A DNA stretch of 44,389 nt from Nanobdellota archaeon (GTDB lineage: Archaea > Nanobdellota > Nanobdellia > SCGC-AAA011-G17 > GW2011-AR17). The stretch is taken from assembly GCA_018830945.1 (NCBI GenBank), contig JAHJRD010000002.1, forward strand, positions 1 through 44,389. Direction: 5' to 3'. A model generated the notes under the pieces. The model searched no databases. It was not told where the DNA came from and was given only the letters and a program-made list of their open reading frames with translations. Each line of letters opens with the position of its first letter. The stretch's first letter is position 1. The translations under genes and the position numbers were made by a program. This document shows positions 42,001-44,389 of this stretch, in pieces.

Positions 42001-43488
42001 TTATGCTACCTTTTTCAGGCCAACAGCCTCCAGACTCTTCTTTAGCTTGTCTTCCTGAACATCTTCCTGTGTAATCTCGCAAAGCATTGCCATATTTTTC
42101 CTGAGACCAATAGGCGTTCCTTCAGGGGTTTCTATTGGGCACAGCCTGCCCCAGTGAGTGCAGTGCAGCTCCCTTGCCTCAAAGTTTTCCTGCGTTGCCG
42201 AGAGCAGTGAAACAACCCTTGTAAGATGGGAGTTTGTGGCAATGAAATTTATCCTGTCAAGGTTCTGGCTTATTCCTTTTCTTCCGCCAACCCATGTGCC
42301 TGTTGCCATCGCGCTCTTTATTCTTGAGGTAAGAAGCTTGTCCCTGATAATTGTCTTGACAGACTGGAACTTCCCTCTTTTTACCAGCCTCTGGAAATTA
42401 TAAAGTATGTCATTCACAAGGACTTTCATGTTTACCCTCATAAGCTCAGCCATCAAATCGCCTGAAAGCTTGAGTTTCTTGTTCTTGTAATGGTCCTTGT
42501 CAGCAGGAGCTGCTCCGTCTTTTGAAATCATGAGGAATTTTTTCACCAGCTTGCAAAGGTTGTAGGCTTTCAGGGCCCTGTCTTTTTGTGTTACGCCAAT
42601 ATGCGGAAGCAGGAACTGGTCAAGCTGTTCCAGGGCTTTGTCGCTCTTGCTTTCCTTTGGCTGGACATTGATGTTGCCTTTTGCAGCAAGCGCATTCAAT
42701 GCATCCTCAGACGTGCGCACCTCGCTAAGGTCATGCAGGTTGATGTAAACCTCATCATACATTTTTTCATCACAGATAAACTGCATTATGTCCTGGTCTT
42801 TCACAAGGCCCAGTGCCTTGATTACATACATGACTGGAACTCTCTTGAATCTTGTAAATGAAATGTATATAATGCCGTCCCTCATCTGCTCTATCACGTG
42901 CGGAATGTTATAAGATTCCTTATGCGAGAATATTTTTGCAGTAAACTTGCTCGGCCCTGTACTCTCCTGCACAAACATCTTGTTTGGCACAAGGTCTTCA
43001 ACTGTAATCAAGGCTCTTTCATTTCCGTTAAGCACAAAATATCCGCCAGGGTCGTCAGGGTCTTCCCCTCTTTTTATAAGCTCTTCCCTGCCAAGCCCTG
43101 CAAGATTGCAAAACTTTGACTTGAGCATGACAGGCAGCTTTCCAATCGGCGTCTGGAATGATTCCCTCTGCACGCCGTCAATGTGCACTGTAACATCAAG
43201 AAACATCGGCGCAGAATATGTAAGCTGCCTAAGCCTTGCTTCCATTGGATAAATATCTTTTCTTGAGCCGTCTGCCTCCACTATCTTCGGCTTCTCAATC
43301 CTTATGTTGTCAAACCTGATCCTGAAATCATTCACATCAGGCGGGATAACTGTAGGCACAATATCGCCAACTTCCTTAACAATCTTTGGTATTTCCTTTT
43401 CAATGAAGTTGTTGAAAGAGATTCTATTGTACTCAATAAGCGAATGGTCTTCAAAATACTTTTTTATCAATACATTTCCATCAAGCAT
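42001..43488 (-). CDS. rpoB2: DNA-directed RNA polymerase subunit B'' (N-terminal part of split RpoB)
   Basis: The 495-aa product ends 1 nt before the rpoB' start. Rpb2 N-terminal lobe/protrusion motifs are present (GYFVLNGNERALI; HWGRLCPIETPEG). Confidence 0.95.
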   Translation of the reverse strand: MLDGNVLIKKYFEDHSLIEYNRISFNNFIEKEIPKIVKEVGDIVPTVIPPDVNDFRIRFDNIRIEKPKIVEADGSRKDIYPMEARLRQLTYSAPMFLDVTVHIDGVQRESFQTPIGKLPVMLKSKFCNLAGLGREELIKRGEDPDDPGGYFVLNGNERALITVEDLVPNKMFVQESTGPSKFTAKIFSHKESYNIPHVIEQMRDGIIYISFTRFKRVPVMYVIKALGLVKDQDIMQFICDEKMYDEVYINLHDLSEVRTSEDALNALAAKGNINVQPKESKSDKALEQLDQFLLPHIGVTQKDRALKAYNLCKLVKKFLMISKDGAAPADKDHYKNKKLKLSGDLMAELMRVNMKVLVNDILYNFQRLVKRGKFQSVKTIIRDKLLTSRIKSAMATGTWVGGRKGISQNLDRINFIATNSHLTRVVSLLSATQENFEARELHCTHWGRLCPIETPEGTPIGLRKNMAMLCEITQEDVQEDKLKKSLEAVGLKKVA

Positions 43489-43723
43489 TTATGACCACCC
43501 TATAAAAATTTGTTTTCCCTACAATAGGGCTTATCCTTTCTATTTTTATTACGTCGCCCGGCTTTGCATCAAAATCTTTTATTGCCTGGTCTGATTTTGC
43601 GATTTTAGGAAGCTGGCGCAGGGCAATATTAAACTGCTCAAGAATTTTCTGCGCTTCCTCTTCACTAAGCTTTGTGTGCTTCGGCACAAGCTTGTGCATT
43701 TGAATCTCAAACTTTTCAGTCAT
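43481..43723 (-). CDS. rpoH: DNA-directed RNA polymerase subunit H (Rpb5 C-terminal domain homolog)
   Basis: HKLVPKHTKLSEEEAQKILEQFNIALRQLPKI...DAKPGDVIKIERISPIVGKTNFYRVV matches subunit H. The start is the ATG at 43721-43723; the track extension to 43795 runs into the tRNA trailer. Confidence 0.9.
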   Translation of the reverse strand: MTEKFEIQMHKLVPKHTKLSEEEAQKILEQFNIALRQLPKIAKSDQAIKDFDAKPGDVIKIERISPIVGKTNFYRVVINA

Positions 43724-43817
43724 TTTTATCTTTTTCCTTTGCCGCCTGTTCCATCTTACTTCGCTCAATGGACCGGACGGGAGTAGGGACTTCATCCCTT
43801 CCCATCCGCCAATTTCA

Positions 43818-43921
43818 TGGACCGGACGGGATTCGAACCCGCGACCACCTGATATCTTCCAAGCCTGGTAAAAGTTACACCGCGATTGCTCAGGTGCGCT
43901 ACCAGGCTGCGCTACCGGTCC
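43818..43921 (-). tRNA. Interrupted tRNA (104 nt); best reading is tRNA-Lys(UUU) with two 15-nt introns
   Basis: The acceptor (GGACCGG/CCGGTCC), D arm (GCGC AGCCTGGTA GCGC) and T arm (GCGGG TTCGAAT CCCGT) are perfect. Anticodon stem CCTGA/TCAGG encloses 37 nt instead of 7. Removing 43875-43889 and 43854-43868 leaves the loop CTTTTAA. The tRNA call is confident; the anticodon and intron model is inference. Confidence 0.6.
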
Positions 43922-44065
43922 ATAAGGGCTTCGCCCTTATCAACCCCAGTGGGTATCTCGCTTTGCTTGAACCCACATTGCGCACCCACATTCTGGTGCG
44001 CAGGGCTTTTTTACGCCCTGGCCGATGCAGGAACTTGCGTTCCTTATCGTCCACGACGCTTTCAG
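43922..44065 (-). other. Hairpin-dense 144-nt spacer between two tRNA genes (candidate ncRNA or processing module)
   Basis: Six consecutive stem-loops were read directly: 43922-43940 (8 bp), 43949-43976 (6 bp), 43979-44002 (8 bp), 44001-44020 (6 bp), 44029-44044 (6 bp, GCAA loop on the minus strand) and 44048-44058 (4 bp). Confidence 0.35.
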
Positions 44066-44140
44066 CGCCCTGGCCGAGATTTGAACTCGGGTCGCAACCG
44101 TGACAGGGTTGTATGATAGACCGGGCTACACTACCAGGGC
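44066..44140 (-). tRNA. tRNA-Asp (anticodon GTC), no encoded CCA
   Basis: The minus strand reads GCCCTGG TA GTGTAGCCCGGTCTATCAT A CAACC CTGTCAC GGTTG CGACC CGAGTTCAAATCTCG GCCAGGGC G, with anticodon loop CU-GUC-AC. Confidence 0.85.
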
Positions 44141-44314
44141 ATACATCCTACCAGAGGAGCTATTTTGTAGTGCATAGTACCTACTGATAGAAATATTCCC
44201 GTCATTTTCAATTTGAGAAGTCTCCTTATATATAAATCTTTCGGTTTTTCGTAATTATTCAGTTTTCTGAAGCGTTCTAAGGATATTGTAATTTAGATGC
44301 ATAAAGTTTATATA

Positions 44315-44341
44315 CTTAATATGTATATTATACATATTAAG
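44315..44341. promoter_or_regulatory. Perfect 27-bp palindrome between a TATA-like element and the next gene start (candidate operator)
   Basis: cttaatatgtata-t-tatacatattaag has 13-bp arms. TATA-like aaagtttatatac lies just upstream, and ggaga plus the ATG at 44359 lie just downstream. Confidence 0.45.
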
Positions 44342-44358
44342 AAAAGGAGAGTGATTAT

Positions 44359-44389
44359 ATGAGGAAAATACAAACAATCGCTACGAACG
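44359..44389 (+). CDS. Partial CDS (first 10 codons only), unknown product
   Basis: The ATG at 44359 is preceded by aaggaga 8 nt upstream. MRKIQTIATN... is open to the window end. Confidence 0.3.
   Translation, partial: MRKIQTIATN

Noticed and set aside
43768-43816. The segment between rpoH and the interrupted tRNA as a split-tRNA 3' half (it ends in the same CCCGTCCGGTCCA as the tRNA)
   Set aside because: The putative T arm (AGGGA-TGAAG-TCCCT) has a 5-nt loop and lacks the TTCRA motif. No matching 5' half or leader complementarity is visible. I treat it as a short duplication.
43672-44116. ORFs 43672-44103 and 43886-44116 (plus strand) spanning the tRNA region
   Set aside because: They run straight through two tRNA genes and the hairpin-rich spacer. 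The open frames are a by-product of GC-rich structured RNA sequence.

Overview
Archaeal, DPANN-like, moderately AT-rich contig fragment. Three parts. (1) Housekeeping genes at the left edge and in the middle: XPD helicase, acylphosphatase, DRG-type GTPase, AmmeMemoRadiSam-type radical SAM enzyme, M50 protease, TFE, oligoendopeptidase F, a short AlaRS. (2) The canonical archaeal transcription cluster on the minus strand at 34.3-44.2 kb: tRNA-Asp, an interrupted tRNA, rpoH-rpoB''-rpoB'-rpoA'-rpoA''-rpl30e-nusA, then trpS and tRNA-Trp. (3) An accessory, defence-island-like stretch at about 4.0-22.9 kb. It holds three HEPN-like/nucleotidyltransferase pairs, hicAB, a SpoT-like HD protein, an orphan HerA-type ATPase and two tightly coupled operons of unknown function. 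Operon A (6341-10990) has five genes and is bracketed by two paralogs carrying Cys-containing 19-aa beta-helix-like repeats. Operon B (16933-20633) encodes a small membrane protein, two tandem radical SAM/SPASM-like paralogs, a transglutaminase-like Cys peptidase and an HExxH gluzincin, and is divergent from a 599-aa kinase-fold-like protein. I regard these two operons as the best candidates for an undescribed system. Other oddities: a 67-70 bp direct repeat bounding a 1.8 kb toxin-antitoxin cassette; two convergent, 3'-overlapping RHH/PIN pairs; a TFE with lysine-rich tandem-repeat tails; a tRNA whose anticodon arm carries a 30-nt interruption (readable as tRNA-Lys with two 15-nt introns); a hairpin-dense tRNA spacer; a GC-rich stop-codon-poor block of unclear nature; and a C-terminal peptide tail shared out of frame between an NTase gene and herA. 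No rRNA, CRISPR array, integrase or transposase was seen. All functional calls rest on motifs read by eye; no database search was possible. The ORF track uses non-ATG starts in several places, so I re-set those starts to the first supported ATG.
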